From NCBI RefSeq assembly GCF_001194135.2, contig NC_068983.1, positions 81,160,802-81,224,801 on the forward strand: a stretch of DNA of 64,000 nucleotides. Direction: 5' to 3'. This document shows positions 28,028 through 41,100 of this stretch, one piece after another. The DNA is from Octopus bimaculoides (Eukaryota). The notes under the pieces are model-generated. The model did no database searches and was not told the DNA's origin. It was given only the letters and a program-made list of their open reading frames with translations. The translations under genes and the position numbers were made by a program. Each line of letters starts with the position of its first letter. Positions within the stretch are counted from its first letter, which is position 1.

Positions 28028-29880
28028 TTGTAAAAGATATTCATTCATGTTACATGAATGTTGACTGAAATGATGGTGATAAAAATCTTGTGAGAGGGGA
28101 TCAAGAAATGACAAGCAAAGATAATTTGGTGTGAGTAGTTAGTTCAGAATTTAGAAGTATAGAATATCTAAGGATGCTGTAAAACAAACATGTCTAATGT
28201 CACAGCACTCTCCACCCCATACAAACATGCAAAGGCAGGCATTAAACCATTGATAATGATGATGATGATAATTTTGATCAGGATGTTAACTAGCAACTTC
28301 TTAATTTTTTTGTTACTATTTCAGTGTACAGTTTCCAAAAGAATTTTCATGTTTTTGTCCATGCAAATATGAGGATGAGTGGTTGTTTTTAGAAAGTGGG
28401 ATATTTGCAAGAAAAACTGAAGTAGGTTTTCTATTTTTTAAATAGAATGCAGTTTCTCACATTAATCTCATAACCTATGAATAGAAAAGTGGTGCCTGTT
28501 TTACATGCCTATTGACTGATGTAAACATATTAAATGAATGATGCAAACATATTAAATTGCCTAGCAGAAGGACACATTGAATAAAAAGTGGATCTTAAAT
28601 CACAAGAGTTATGACAAAAAAAAAAAAAATTCTTTCATTTTATATATCATTTTGATACATTATTTATATATTATCTTAATATGTTTCACAATGTAACGAT
28701 ATATTTTCTATGAATATTCAGTCTAGTAATTATATAAAAAAAGGCATATAGAAATGGTTTTCAATTGTGGTAGGCAAGGCAAAATGGCTGTCAATTTGTT
28801 AGAATAAGATTTGAACTTGTGCCATGGCTTCTAATCCTAAGAAAACTGAAGTGTAATCTATGTTTTCCAAGAAAAGTATGCAAAAACCTTTTCTAGCAAA
28901 TTTTGCAGAGTATAATGACTTTGTCAATTTAATAACTTATTCTATCTACCATTGCTCTCTTATATGTAGGCTTAAATGCAAAATAATACATACAAAAACG
29001 CCATACCTAACTATCTGACAAAATCTATACATATAATGATTATAAAATGAACAAATAAGAATGAATATTTTCACCTTGCTTGTCTCTTATTCTTTTCATT
29101 CCTAATATATTACTAAGTTGTGTGAATTCTTCATGTCTTTGCTGAATATAGTTAGTATTAGCTATGATGAATGCTCTTTAAATTTTCTTAATCAGTTGCT
29201 AGTGCTAGAACTTCATTTTTTGATTAGATCCAACATAACGTCTTTTATTTTTTGCTACAGAAAGTATCTATGTTTTTGTTTTTTAATGCTAAATATTCAC
29301 CAAATTTTTCAATGACTGCATGATTAAGAAGTTTGCTTCCCACTCATGTGATTTCAGGTTTAGTTACCTTGCACAACACCTTGGGCAGGTGTCTTCTACT
29401 ACAGCCCTAGGCTTACCAAAGCCTTGTGAGTGGATAAGGTAGATGAAAACTGAAAGAAGCCCATTGTGTGTATGTATGAGTCTCTGTTTGGTTACATCTT
29501 CACTTTTCTGAAAACTTCTCAGCTACAAGAAGTGATATTGTTGTCATTTTCCATCAACAACTCATCTGTTGGCTTTGAGCCTCCAAGGACATGTGAAATA
29601 AAAGTTCCAATATTTGAAACACAGCTAAGGATTAGTGACACGAAGGACATCTGACTGTAAAACAACATCTCAGGAATATATTCATGAAACCCATGATAGT
29701 ATGAAAAAATGGAAATTAAAATAAATGAATGATGTCCACAAGCTTTGAAAGTAGTCAGTATATAATCTCTAGAAATTCTTGCCATCTGGTCATAGCTATA
29801 TTGGTATGAATAAGCACTCAAAAACATGTGTTTTAGTAGGTAATTGCATGCATAATGAGGTATGCATGGTTTTATAAGTA

Positions 29881-30433
29881 CTGTAATACCTTACTTTATG
29901 AAGACCCACTTTATGAGACTCCGGGCTTATGAGTTTTATTCTTCAAGCACAAGATCTAAATTTTGAATGAAGAGCAAGAGTTTCTACTACTATAACAAAT
30001 ACTTCAGCATATTACCGAGAAATTTATATAGAGCAGAAAAAAGCTGCTAAGCAAACAACTCTGGACTTGTTTTTAAAAAGAAATCTACAAGACTGTCTAT
30101 GAATGCTTGTGAATCGGTGATCATGTCTACAACTGATGGTGTACACAAGTCTAGTACAAGTGAAAGTGATTCAGAAAACAATTATAATAATATCTTTTGT
30201 TATAAACAATCTTGACATCCTTTTTACTTTACATAAAATATTCTTTACATTCTACTGTTATTTTATTGTCATTTATCTATGAGTATTATAAATTTTATAG
30301 GTGAAATATTTTTCTGGGAACGAATTGTAATTTATAACATTGTTACTATGGGAAATTATTGCTCTGCTTTACGAGTTTTTGCTTTACAAGCGGTCTATGG
30401 GAACAAATTAACTTGTATATTGAGGCCTTATTC
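29881..30433. mobile_element. Possible pogo/Tigger-like MITE
   Basis: Starts TA|CTGTAATACCTTACTT; the degenerate inverted end is near 30415-30433. Confidence 0.35.
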
Positions 30434-30794
30434 TCTTATGTTTTGCGACAATTTTAACATTGAAGGAAGATTTTGTTTGAATGTGGTAGATTATGTTACT
30501 ATGCGTTTCTTTCAATTGGTAACACTGATTTGCATGTTTGCCTACATTTCGTGGCATTGAAAGATATTGATTTTTCTTTTATCATCCCCACCTAACCCCA
30601 TGATCAAAAACAAGGTTAGATGGTAGACACCATTCACTTGTAATGTCTTCTTCATATTCTGGTACATATCATCAAGAGAAATGCTATTTTCAAGCTCCCT
30701 CCCCCTCCCACACAAAATTTAATGGTAAGTTATGGCCAAGAATGTGTTGCAAGTAATTCCCTAAATTCAGTCTTCAGTAACATGCTAGAGGTAA

Positions 30795-30832
<38 letters not shown>

Positions 30833-31049
30833 ATAATAATAATAATAATGATGGTTTCAAATTTTGCCACAAGGGCAGCTGTTGTGGGGAAGGGATGAGT
30901 TGATTACATCACTGGTACTTAATTTATTGACCTCGAAAGGATGAATAGCAAAGTCGACCTCATCGAAATTTGAATCCAGAATATAAAGACAGATGAAATA
31001 CTGCTAAACATTTTTGCCTGGCATGCTAATGGTTCTGCCAGCTCGCTAC

Positions 31050-31299
31050 CTTAATAATAATAATGATAATAATAAATAATAATAATGATAATAATAATAA
31101 TAATAATGATAATAATAATAATAATAATGATAATAATAAATAATAATAATGATAATAATAATGATAATAATAATAATAATGATAGTGATAATGATAATAA
31201 TAATGATANNNNNNNNNNNNNNNNNNNNNNNNNNNNNNNNNNNNNNNNNNNNNNNNNNNNNNNNNNNNNNNNNNNNNNNNNNNNATAATGATAATAATG

Positions 31300-31349
<50 letters not shown>

Positions 31350-31350
31350 C
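31050..31350. repeat. (AAT/GAT)n microsatellite with internal gap; also 26410-26520 and 30797-30850
   Basis: Directly visible. Confidence 0.95.
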
Positions 31351-31964
31351 CTACGCAAAACACTTTCAATACAGTAACCATAAGAGCATCACAACAAACC
31401 ACAGCACATACCCAAGGCACACAGAGCTGCGCTTGGTAGTGAAGTGAAAGCACATTATAAAAATAAAACTACTGAATAATAATAATAATAATAATAATAC
31501 CGAGTCAAGTTTACCATCAACTAGTAAGAAGTGATGATACCTCTCCTCAGCTCATGAAAGTCTTCCAACCACTTCCCTGTTCCTGTCATTATCATTGTTA
31601 TCATAAATGCAATTGTCATTGTCATCGTCATAAATAAAATTCTTAATTTAATTTAGCATCTATTCCTTCGTAACTGAGGAGTGATTAAATGTATCTGCCT
31701 GGCTACAACTGTCACTGCATATCAACTGTAAAGAGTTGAAAGCAACATTTTGTAAATTGAAACATGGAGAAATAGAAGTTTGGGTTTTATGGCTACAACG
31801 ACTTTCGTATAATTCTAAACCATTGAGCCAACAAGAGAGACTCTATGTTAGTAATTCGCAGACATTTTTTTTACATATGGATCTCTTTGATTCTTATTTT
31901 ACTCCTGTGGACCCTAGTAGCCATTCGATGTTTAAAAAATCCTATTATATTTTTATAATCAAAT

Positions 31965-32418
31965 AGACGCAGGAGTGGCTGTGTGGTAAGTAGCTTGCTT
32001 ACCATCCACATGATTCCGGATTCAGTCCCACTGAGTGGCACCTTGGGCAAGTGTCTTCTACTATAGCCTCGGGCCGACCAAAGCCTTGTGAGTGGATTTG
32101 GTAGATGGAAACTGAAAGAAGCCCGTCGTGTATATGTATATATATATATAAAAATGTGTGTGTGTTTGTGTGTCTGTGTTTGTCCCCCCAAAATTGCTTG
32201 ACAACCGATGCTGGTACGTTTACATCCCCCGTAACTTAGCAGTTAGGCAAAAGGAGACCGATAGAATAAGTACTAGGCTTATAAAGAATAAGTCCTGGGG
32301 TCGATTTGCTCGACTAAAGGCGGTGCTACAGCATNNNNNNNNNNGATTTGCTCGACTAAAGGCGGTGCTACAGCATGGCCACAGTCAAATGACTGAAACA
32401 AGTAAAAGAGTAAAAGAG
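31965..32418 (+). mobile_element. SINE family A, full length
   Basis: Same head, body and (TAAAAGAG)n tail as 24435-24832. Confidence 0.9.
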
Positions 32419-32449
32419 TATTATTAGGAATTGAATTTTTTTTATATAC

Positions 32450-33035
32450 TATCTGTTTCATTCATTAGACTGCGGCCATGCTGGAGTACTACCTTGAATT
32501 TTTAGTTGAATGAATTGGCCCCACTACTTATATTTTAAGCCTGGTCTTATTCTATTGGTCTCTTTTGCCAAACCACTAAGTTGCAGGGACGTAAAGACAC
32601 CAACACCAGTTGTGAAGTGGTGACGGGGGAACAAACACAGACACAAAGACAAACATACACAGATACATGTACATAGTGAGTTCAAACAAGAAAAACGGCA
32701 AAAAAAAACAACAAAAAACAACAACGTGAGGACGTGATACAGATATTGTGTTACTGGATGTTCAGGAAAGGAAAGAAAGAGAATTTGATGTTTTGAGCGA
32801 AGCTCTTCGTCGGAAATATAGGAAAGTCCAAAGAAGGGAAGACGGAGGAAGAAAAAATCGCCAACGATATACATGAGGTTACATTGTACAAGGTACTTCT
32901 TTCAGCTTCCGCCTACCAAATCCACTCATAAGGTTTTGGTCAGCTCGAGGGTATAGTAGAAGACACTTGCCCAAGACACTGCATGGGACTGAACCCAGAA
33001 CCATGTGATTGGGAAGCAAGCTTCTTACCACAAAG
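32450..33035 (-). mobile_element. SINE family A, interrupted
   Basis: Tail at 32450-32667 and head at 32895-33035, split by the 32674-32890 insert. Confidence 0.8.
32674..32890 (-). mobile_element. Short element with a decayed hammerhead, nested inside a SINE
   Basis: It interrupts the minus-strand SINE at 32450-33035, with TGTACA on both sides (32668-32673, 32885-32890). Minus strand 32817-32783 reads AUUU-CCGACGA-A-GAGC(UUC)GCUC-AAAA-CAUC-AAAU, three substitutions from an ideal HHR. Confidence 0.6.
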
Positions 33036-33177
33036 CTGCTAAAAAAATTATCAAAATATTTTGTGTATCGAAGAAGTATGACCAATTTATTGCAGATAAG
33101 TTTTAACTACAAAATCTTATTTGGTCCCCCCAAAGACCATGTGGAACCTAATTGAGAACCACTCTATGAAATAGCTT

Positions 33178-33355
33178 AACCTGTTAAAGATAGCAGCCTC
33201 ATCTCCCTTAAATCACACTCTGTCATCTTAAAAGAGAAAGGACACATTGGACCATGTTTATGTAAGTATACAAAAATATGGGATAGTTATGACTGGAAAG
33301 CTTTTGATCATAGGCCTGCTCAGTTCAGGCTGACCTGGGGTTAAACAACAACAAC
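33178..33355 (+). mobile_element. Repeat family with (AAC)n tail; related copies at 24180-24318(-), 59860-60165(-)
   Basis: Shared GGGATAGT.ATGACTGGAA.GC.TTTGATCA.AGG.CTGCTC..TC.GG.TGACC..GGG.TAAACAACAAC. Confidence 0.55.
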
Positions 33356-33926
33356 AAGTCACGTCCGCAGTACATAGAGATTAGGACAGAAAACTGCACT
33401 CGAGTGCATAACATAAATATTAGGGAGTCAGATGAGGAATTTTAGAATATTCAAGTCCTATTTGTTAATTTGAGCAGAAAAGGTTTTGGAATTGGAAAGT
33501 CGTAACAAATGTTATCCAGTAGTGCTAACTAATCTTTACCATAAAATTTAAATTTAGCAGCAACATGCATGATGATGATGATGTGAGTGATGATGACAAT
33601 AATGATGGCAGTAATAGTGGCAATGTTCCACAAATACTTGAAAAATTAGAGAAGTTAATAATAAACTAATTTGAAATAATCAGTGCGAAGCACTTTTGAG
33701 TTATCTCAATAGGATTCTCTAATTCATTCGCCTCTCGTCTTTTTCTTTCTTCCTTACCTGATTTCTGTTTTATTGCATCTCTTAACACATTTTACCTATT
33801 CCTTCTTTCCACCATCTCTGTCTGTTAATAATTTTTACCCCACCCCCACCCCCATCTCTTTCAACGCACTCTTTATATTTCATATGCCATTTCCAACCTC
33901 TGCTGTACAATCTGCTTTACCCACAC

Positions 33927-33991
<65 letters not shown>

Positions 33992-35085
33992 NNNNNNNNN
34001 NTTGTCTCTACTCTGTCGATCCTTCTCCACCTTTAATATTTCTTTTTTTTTTTTTGCAATTTTTTTTCTCTTTATTTTTATCCTCCCATTCCCAGCATTT
34101 AACTGGGGTCTCTAAACTGTGTCAGACAATCAAAAGTACTTTTTTTCTCTCTATTGATAAACAACAATAACCAAAATATGGAGGTAAAGCAAAATAAAAA
34201 AATAATCAAATAAAAAAAAAAAATAAAGAAAATATTAAATAAAAGCTATAGTAATATTCCATATCATGTGGTTCTTAGGGGGGAAATATTAGAATTTCCA
34301 GAGAGATGTACTACAAAGTCTCAGCAAGGATAAATGCCTTGAAGGTTTTTCTTGACGTGCTTATTTCTTTGAATTAAGGTTCTTGCATTATTTTGATTGT
34401 TCTTGACCAATTATCTGTGATAATAAAAACCACACATCTTCTGCACCTCCTATAACCATCAGGGCTGAGTATGTCAGTCAGAGCCACTTTAAAGTAACTT
34501 CACTCAAACTATATGACCTTTGAAGTCTTTCATTAATAAACCCAGTAGGATGTTTAAGAGGTGACAAAGAAAGTTTTTGAAATTCTCCCACACTGTCTCT
34601 TCTTCCATGGTGATATTAAGCACAACTGTCCCTCCTCCAATAATGATAGAAAAACTATATTTTAAGCAATGCTTTTCAGTAATTTTAAATATCCTTTCTA
34701 CCCATGAGTTGAAGGAACTACAGAAAAATTTATTGCTGTTTTGAGAAAAAGAAAGAGTAAGAAAACATCGTTATGTCAACAGAAATTATTAAAGAAGTTT
34801 TATTTATTTACATATTTATTCCATTCCTTTTTGACTTTTTTAAAAAGGAAATTTAATATACAGTATGTTATGTATTTATTTAGAATTATTCCAAAAATCA
34901 GAAACATAGGGGTTAGTAATATCAGTTGTCCTTTACATAACAAGTTCAAATCCTGCTAAGATAACTTTGCCTTTCACATTTCTAGGTCAATAAAATACCT
35001 TATTTAATTGACTAAACTCACTGCCCTAAATTGTCCTTGTGTTTAAGTTTAAGTGTCTATTATTATTATTATTATTATTATTAAA

Positions 35086-35265
35086 GTGAAGGTGGTAAGC
35101 TGGCAGAATCATTAGCATACCAGGTGAAATGCCTAGCAATATTTCGTCTGCCGCTATGTTCTGAAGTTTACATTTCGCTGAGGTCAACTTTGCCTTTCAT
35201 CATTTAATCAACTAGTCCCCTCTCGCAAAAAGTTTCAAGGCCTTGTGCCTTCAGTAGAAAGGATG

Positions 35266-35315
<50 letters not shown>

Positions 35316-35745
35316 CATCATCATCATCATCATCATCATTATCATCATCATCATCATTAAGGTGGTGAGCTGGCAGAATCATTAGCACACTGGCAAAAAT
35401 GATTAGTAGCATTTGGTCTGTCATAACATCCTGAGTTCAAATTCTGCCGAGGTCGACTTTGCTTTCATCCTTTCAGGGTCGATAAAATAAGTAACAGTGA
35501 AACACTAGTTGATTTAATCGACTAATCCCCTCTCCCAAAATTTTAGGCATTGTGCCTTTAGCAGAAGGGATTATTATTATTATTATCATTATTATTATTA
35601 TTATTATTATTATTCTGTCAAGTTCAACTTTGCCTTTCATCCTTTTGGGGGTCAATAAATTAATTAACATTGAAACACTGGGGTCGATGTGATTGACTAG
35701 TTCCCTTCCCCAAATTTCAGGCCTTGTGCTTATACTAGAAAGGAT
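35086..35745 (+). mobile_element. Three tandem SINE family B copies separated by (ATT)n/(ATC)n
   Basis: Copies at about 35086-35262, 35358-35572 and 35615-35745. Confidence 0.8.
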
Positions 35746-38601
35746 TATTATTATTATTACTATTATTTGTTTATTTATTTATTTTAATTCTTTTTTGCTT
35801 AATTTTCACTTTCGACTGAAACATCTCACCCAGTAATTTCACCTGGCAGCCTAGGAACTGAATCTGATATTTGAAGGTCTTATTTTAACTACTGAAAGTA
35901 TTAAGGTGCATTTACATGGATCAAGACATTAAAAAATATTAAATAAATGTATTTCAGAATCTAATATAAAATTTATGGAGTAAAACAAAAAGATACCTAT
36001 GTTTATATATGTGTGTGTATGTGTGTGTGTGTGGAACCTGTACTTTTTATCAAATAATATACTACTAGATGTCACTATGAGGGTAATAGTCACTAATTCT
36101 ATAGTACTAGTGATGGAAACAACTTACATAAAATAGGTGATTAAGAAAGTGTTTAATAAATTTCTGATAATAACAATATATTTGACACTGCTTAGGATAA
36201 TCTATTTCTTTTATGGAAACTCTGAGGTGAATCAATTAGGAAGAAAAAATAAATAAAATGAAATAATCTACAGAAATATTCGAACCAAAACCAAAGTTAA
36301 AAAATGGAATATTGGCATACAGAATATCCTTGGAAAGAAAACATAATTGAAAATATCGTAAGAACAAGACAACAAAATGTATTTTTTGAGCAGCTGGTGA
36401 ACTGTTTCTTTTCTCTCTATATATATGCCTTTGCAGCCTCATGGAAAGAGAAAAAGCAATTGTGTCACTAAGATTATAACATGGACTTCAGACTGGGTCA
36501 TCTCTAACCCCCGAATAAAGCAATTTACAGGACGCCTACATACAAAACTACAGCATACATTAGCTCAGAGCTCCTAGACCTGTGTGTGCCCTGGGCAACT
36601 GTTCAATGTGTTCATACTTTAAGGTAACACAAACTACGGATAACAATTAAAGGAGTCATTTTTAAGAAAAGAAGATTAAATAAATGAAATGTTTTTACAG
36701 TTGCATTGTTACTTACTTTAGAACAATTATTTTGAGAAACAAGGATGCAACATTGAGTCAAGGATATTAGCTTATACTAAAATTTTAGTGAAAGTAAAAA
36801 ATGTTCATATGACATATATATAAATGGAAATTATTTACCCATATTTTATTTTTGTTTAAATGATTTTTTCCGTTGAGGAGAGAAAAATTGCTTTATCACT
36901 TAGAGGTTAATCGTTCATTATCATTAATTTGTACAGATTAACAAGCCTATTATAAGGAAAACGTATTTGAGCAACATCATGAGGACTCTTGTGAGGAACC
37001 TCACTATGGGCTGCTATTATCACCTCTGAGATCAGCGGATTCTAAAAAAAGTTTTGATCTTCACTTGTTTTTGAAACACTGGCTCCATGTTCTATGTTTA
37101 ACATAAATATGATGATTTACTGTGATCTATTATGCCATTGTGAGTACAAAAGATTACTTGGAAATTTTTCAGTTTCCATATATTTTTCATACAAATACAA
37201 CATATGAAAGTACATATATGTGTGTGTGTGTGTGCACATGTGTTCATGCATGCATGTGTGTATGGCTAACAAGATGAAGTATCAAAGAAAGAGAAAGCCA
37301 AACAATATAGCTAGTTGACTAGACAGATGAAACAATCTGTTTAATTCAACAGTAGAAGTTTAAGTAAAGATTCCTACAAAAGAAAAATTAAAGTAGAAAA
37401 TGTAACAATAAAAACTTCTTTTAAAGTGAGATAAGTGTTGTAATAGTAAATTTCATTTCATTTAGGATTCATAAATTGGCTTCTCAGTATACAGTCCTAA
37501 TATAATGGCAATAGAATTTTGTAATAATAAGCTAAAAAATCTATTTTAAAAAACTACAATATGCTACAATACAGCAAAAATAAAATTAAAAAATAAACAC
37601 AGGAATATGGTGACAGATTCTCCATCAGTTTCTATAAGGAGAATGCAGTTGCTCTACTGATTACATTAATGTATATGTGGCTAAATGCTCCACTGACATG
37701 TGATAAGACTGGATCTTTGAATCAAATGTACATTCTATGACGAGCTTCCATACAGTTTGTACTTACCCAGTTGCACTAGAAGGCTGACAATGATCCAAGG
37801 TCGGGGCAAAAGAGAGAAACATGTCTAGGACACTACACAAAGGGATCAAACAAAGCACCTCATAATTGCAAATACTTCTTAATCACTTGCATCCGCCAAA
37901 GTAAAAAGCGATAGTTACATCTAATCTAATAGATTATAATTTCATATATCTATAAGAGGTGGTGATATATGTGGTTCATAGAAATATGCTGGCAGATTCT
38001 TTTTAATATGAAGGATAAATAAGCAATATTTTCAAGTTTTATAATCTATCATCATTTAACATCTGTTGTCCATATTGGCATGAGTTGGACAGTTTGACCA
38101 GGGCTCGTAAGCTGAAGGGTTGCACCAGACTCCAGTCTGATTTGGCATGGTTTCTACAGCTGGATGCCCTTCCTAATGGCAACCATTCTGAGAGTGTAAT
38201 GGGTGTTTTTGCATGCCAACAGCACAGGTGCCAGTTGCATGACACCAGTATCTACCACAAACTTCTCATAAAACATAAATATAATTTTCATAGTAAGTAA
38301 AAATATTAAAGAATTTAAATGCAAATTTTGTTCATATTTTGTATCTCTTAAATGCTTATTATATGCTTCTCTTACATAAAGCATATCTGGCTTATTCTGG
38401 CATCCAAACACACAAAGAACATAAGATAAATATATGTATATATGGTTCAATCTCCTTATTTCAGGAAAAATATATGGTTCACTCTCTCCTTATGTCATAG
38501 CCTCAAATAATTTCTAATTAGTCATAGACAATTCTCCTTGAATAAATAACTCAATTAGACAAATTAAGTTGCCCTGTGAGTCCATTTGTATATGTAAAGA
38601 T

Positions 38602-38870
38602 GCATGGCCTAGTGGTTAGAGTGTTGTATTCATGATCGCAAGATCATAGGTTTCAATTCCTGGACTGGACAGTACATTGTTTTCTTAAGGAAAACACTTC
38701 ATCTTATATTGCTCTGCAATTACTTCAACACCTGATGTGTCAGACAGCATGTACCTGCTTAGGCAATATTGATGGAGTGTTGATGGAGTGAGTGAGCTAA
38801 TGTGCAACACGTATATTTGATCACTATAAACAAATTATTTGTGCAAATCATTCAACAAAACAGGAGATTC
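38602..38870 (+). mobile_element. tRNA-headed SINE family C; second copy at 54560-54815(+)
   Basis: GCATGGCCTAGTGG..GGTTTCAATTCC..CATTGT.TTCTT.AG.AAAACACTTCAT is shared by both copies. Confidence 0.7.
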
Positions 38871-38910
38871 CATCACACACATATATAAACATATAAATAT
38901 AAATAAATAA

Positions 38911-38953
<43 letters not shown>

Positions 38954-39621
38954 CAGATATAGGGTAAAGGATTATTAATTTATTAATAAATTAATAATTA
39001 ATAATTTTTACCAAGTAGTTCGGTATGTAAAAAACCATTATCAGTAAAGAACTTATATAAAAAAGTTCTTTTAAAATTATAAACATAATTAAGGGATCAA
39101 AAGAATATATGTATTCCTTGGAGGAATTTGATCTCAGGACATCATGACATACAAAACCACTAAGCATTTTGTCTAGTGTGAAAACTATTCTGCAAGTCTG
39201 CTGTCCTACTACTACTACTGCTGCCAATAATAATAATGGTTTCTAATTCTCATTCATTATTATCAACAACTGTATGTAACTCAAAATATTAAATATAATA
39301 GGCTTTACAAAAGTCAGTTTGTAAGTCAGGCATAGTTAATCCATTTTAATGTCTACTTTTCCATTCTTGCATAGATAAGACAAAATTTATTGAAGCAAAT
39401 TTTTTATGACCAGATGCTCTTCCTGTCACCAATCCTCCTTTTGGAAACATTTAAGTAAGATAATATTTCCCCGCATGGTTTGAACATGAACCACACAATG
39501 GCTGAATGTGTTTTTACAAAAAACTGCAAACAAATGATGCCATTTTGTTTATACTCAATGCACAATGGCAGGGGAAATGCAAATACACACATGCTTATAT
39601 ACATACAGACACACACACACA

Positions 39622-39827
39622 TGAGGGGATGCTGGCTTTAAGATTATCACCAAAGGCCTGGTTGGAGGCCTAACCTTCCAAGTTCCTTTACAGGGCTTAG
39701 AAAAACTGAAGGACCACTGCAATAAATGTGTGAATCTGAGAGGGGAATATGTTGAATGAAATCATAATTAACCAATTCTCCTGTATTTTCTTTTACCCAA
39801 AACCAGAAACTTTTCAGCATCCCATCT
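39622..39827 (+). mobile_element. Internally deleted mariner element
   Basis: TIR-like ends GAGGGGATGCTG / CAGCATCCCATC. Internal translation GLEKLKDHCNKCVNLRGEYVE* matches the mariner transposase C-terminus. Confidence 0.7.
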
Positions 39828-39829
39828 TC

Positions 39830-39861
<32 letters not shown>

Positions 39862-40479
39862 TGTATGTATGTACGTACGTACGTATGTATGTGCATGTGT
39901 ACACATACGTACATACATACTTACATTCATACACATGATAAACTTCTCTCAGTATCTCTTTACAAATTTCACTCACAGGGCTTTGTTTGGCCCAAGGCTA
40001 GAGTAGAATATACGCTCCACTTGCCTAAGGTGCTATACAGTGAGACTGAAACCACATGGTGCACAGGGAACTTCTTAATCGCACAGCCACACTTGTGCCT
40101 ATAGACAAAGAACTATTCATGCTTTTATCTATGTCGCTAGCTTTTGCTAGTAGACTAAAAGTTCATGGATTATAGAACTGAATCTTGTTTTATCCTCGAG
40201 GAAAACACAAAACTCTTCCTGCCTTACGTTTATTTACCAGTCTATGACTAAAGTAATTAAAGGGTGATAATTTAGTTCTAACTTTAAATTCAGGAAAGCT
40301 TATTGATTTATAATTCTAATATTATATCTTGTCGAGACTGCCCTGGCTATGCTTGAGAAGTGAAGTATTCCCACAACCTGAGCATATGTATGTACTTGCA
40401 CACATGCATAAGCAATCACTTATCCAAGTACACAACTGTACCAGCTTTCATACAAATTATTATATATATTTATACCAAC

Positions 40480-41100
40480 AGTGATACTGACATAAACATA
40501 CACCCTGAAGTATTCTTTAATGTTCTGACAGTCTTTTAATCACTGTTAGTGAAGAGAACCATCCTGCCATTACAACCTTATGCTTAGGGTGTTTTGGAAA
40601 GTAGTTGTTATTAAGGTGCTAGCATCTGCATATCATAAAGCCATTTAGTGCACACAGCTCTATAAAAACAACAGCAGATAGAGCATATTTTGTCTTGATG
40701 GAGGAAGCAGATGATTCATATTGACAAACTGATATTTGATCACAAGAAAATAATATTCTTCCTTAATTCTTTCTTAAGTTGCTTTGATTCACATAAATTC
40801 TCTTTAGGGAAACTTCAATTGCAACTTTCACACAGTTCTTCCTCTAGTTATTGTCATTCTAAATAGGTTCCAGTTAGTTATTAATGCCTAATGTGAATGT
40901 TCATATCTGCTGCAGATAATTCATTGCATTTCAGGACAGGAAACTTAAGTTTGCATGTCTTAATCCACCAAGCTGTTGAGAATAGGTAAGTAGATCTGCA
41001 GAGGATGCTATCATCGAGAAGGAAATACATTTCACTGCTACTCAATAGTTATGAAACTGGAATTAAGCATGAGTTTCATGAGAGAATGGGGGTTATTAGA
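40480..41100 (-). mobile_element. Highly degenerate non-LTR RT relic
   Basis: Minus translation has IK..YALSAVVFI (cf. VKQGCVLSPLLF) followed by L*YADA (cf. YADD). Confidence 0.4.

Larger units (their letters stand above)
31848..33165. mobile_element. Same MITE family, copy 2, carrying nested SINE(+), SINE(-) and the HHR element
   Basis: Shares the segments gatgtttaaaaa.tcct, tattatta.gaatt, aatattttgt.tat..agaagta, and ends ttgagaaccact. Confidence 0.55.

Noticed and set aside
36415-36520. Possible very decayed pLTR/HHR (TATA, CCTCATGGA..GAAAAAGCAATTGT)
   Set aside because: Too many core mismatches to distinguish from chance.
40934-40984. 51-nt plus-strand exon-like segment with a gtaagt donor
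   Set aside because: It lies antisense within the RT relic and has no supporting neighbours.
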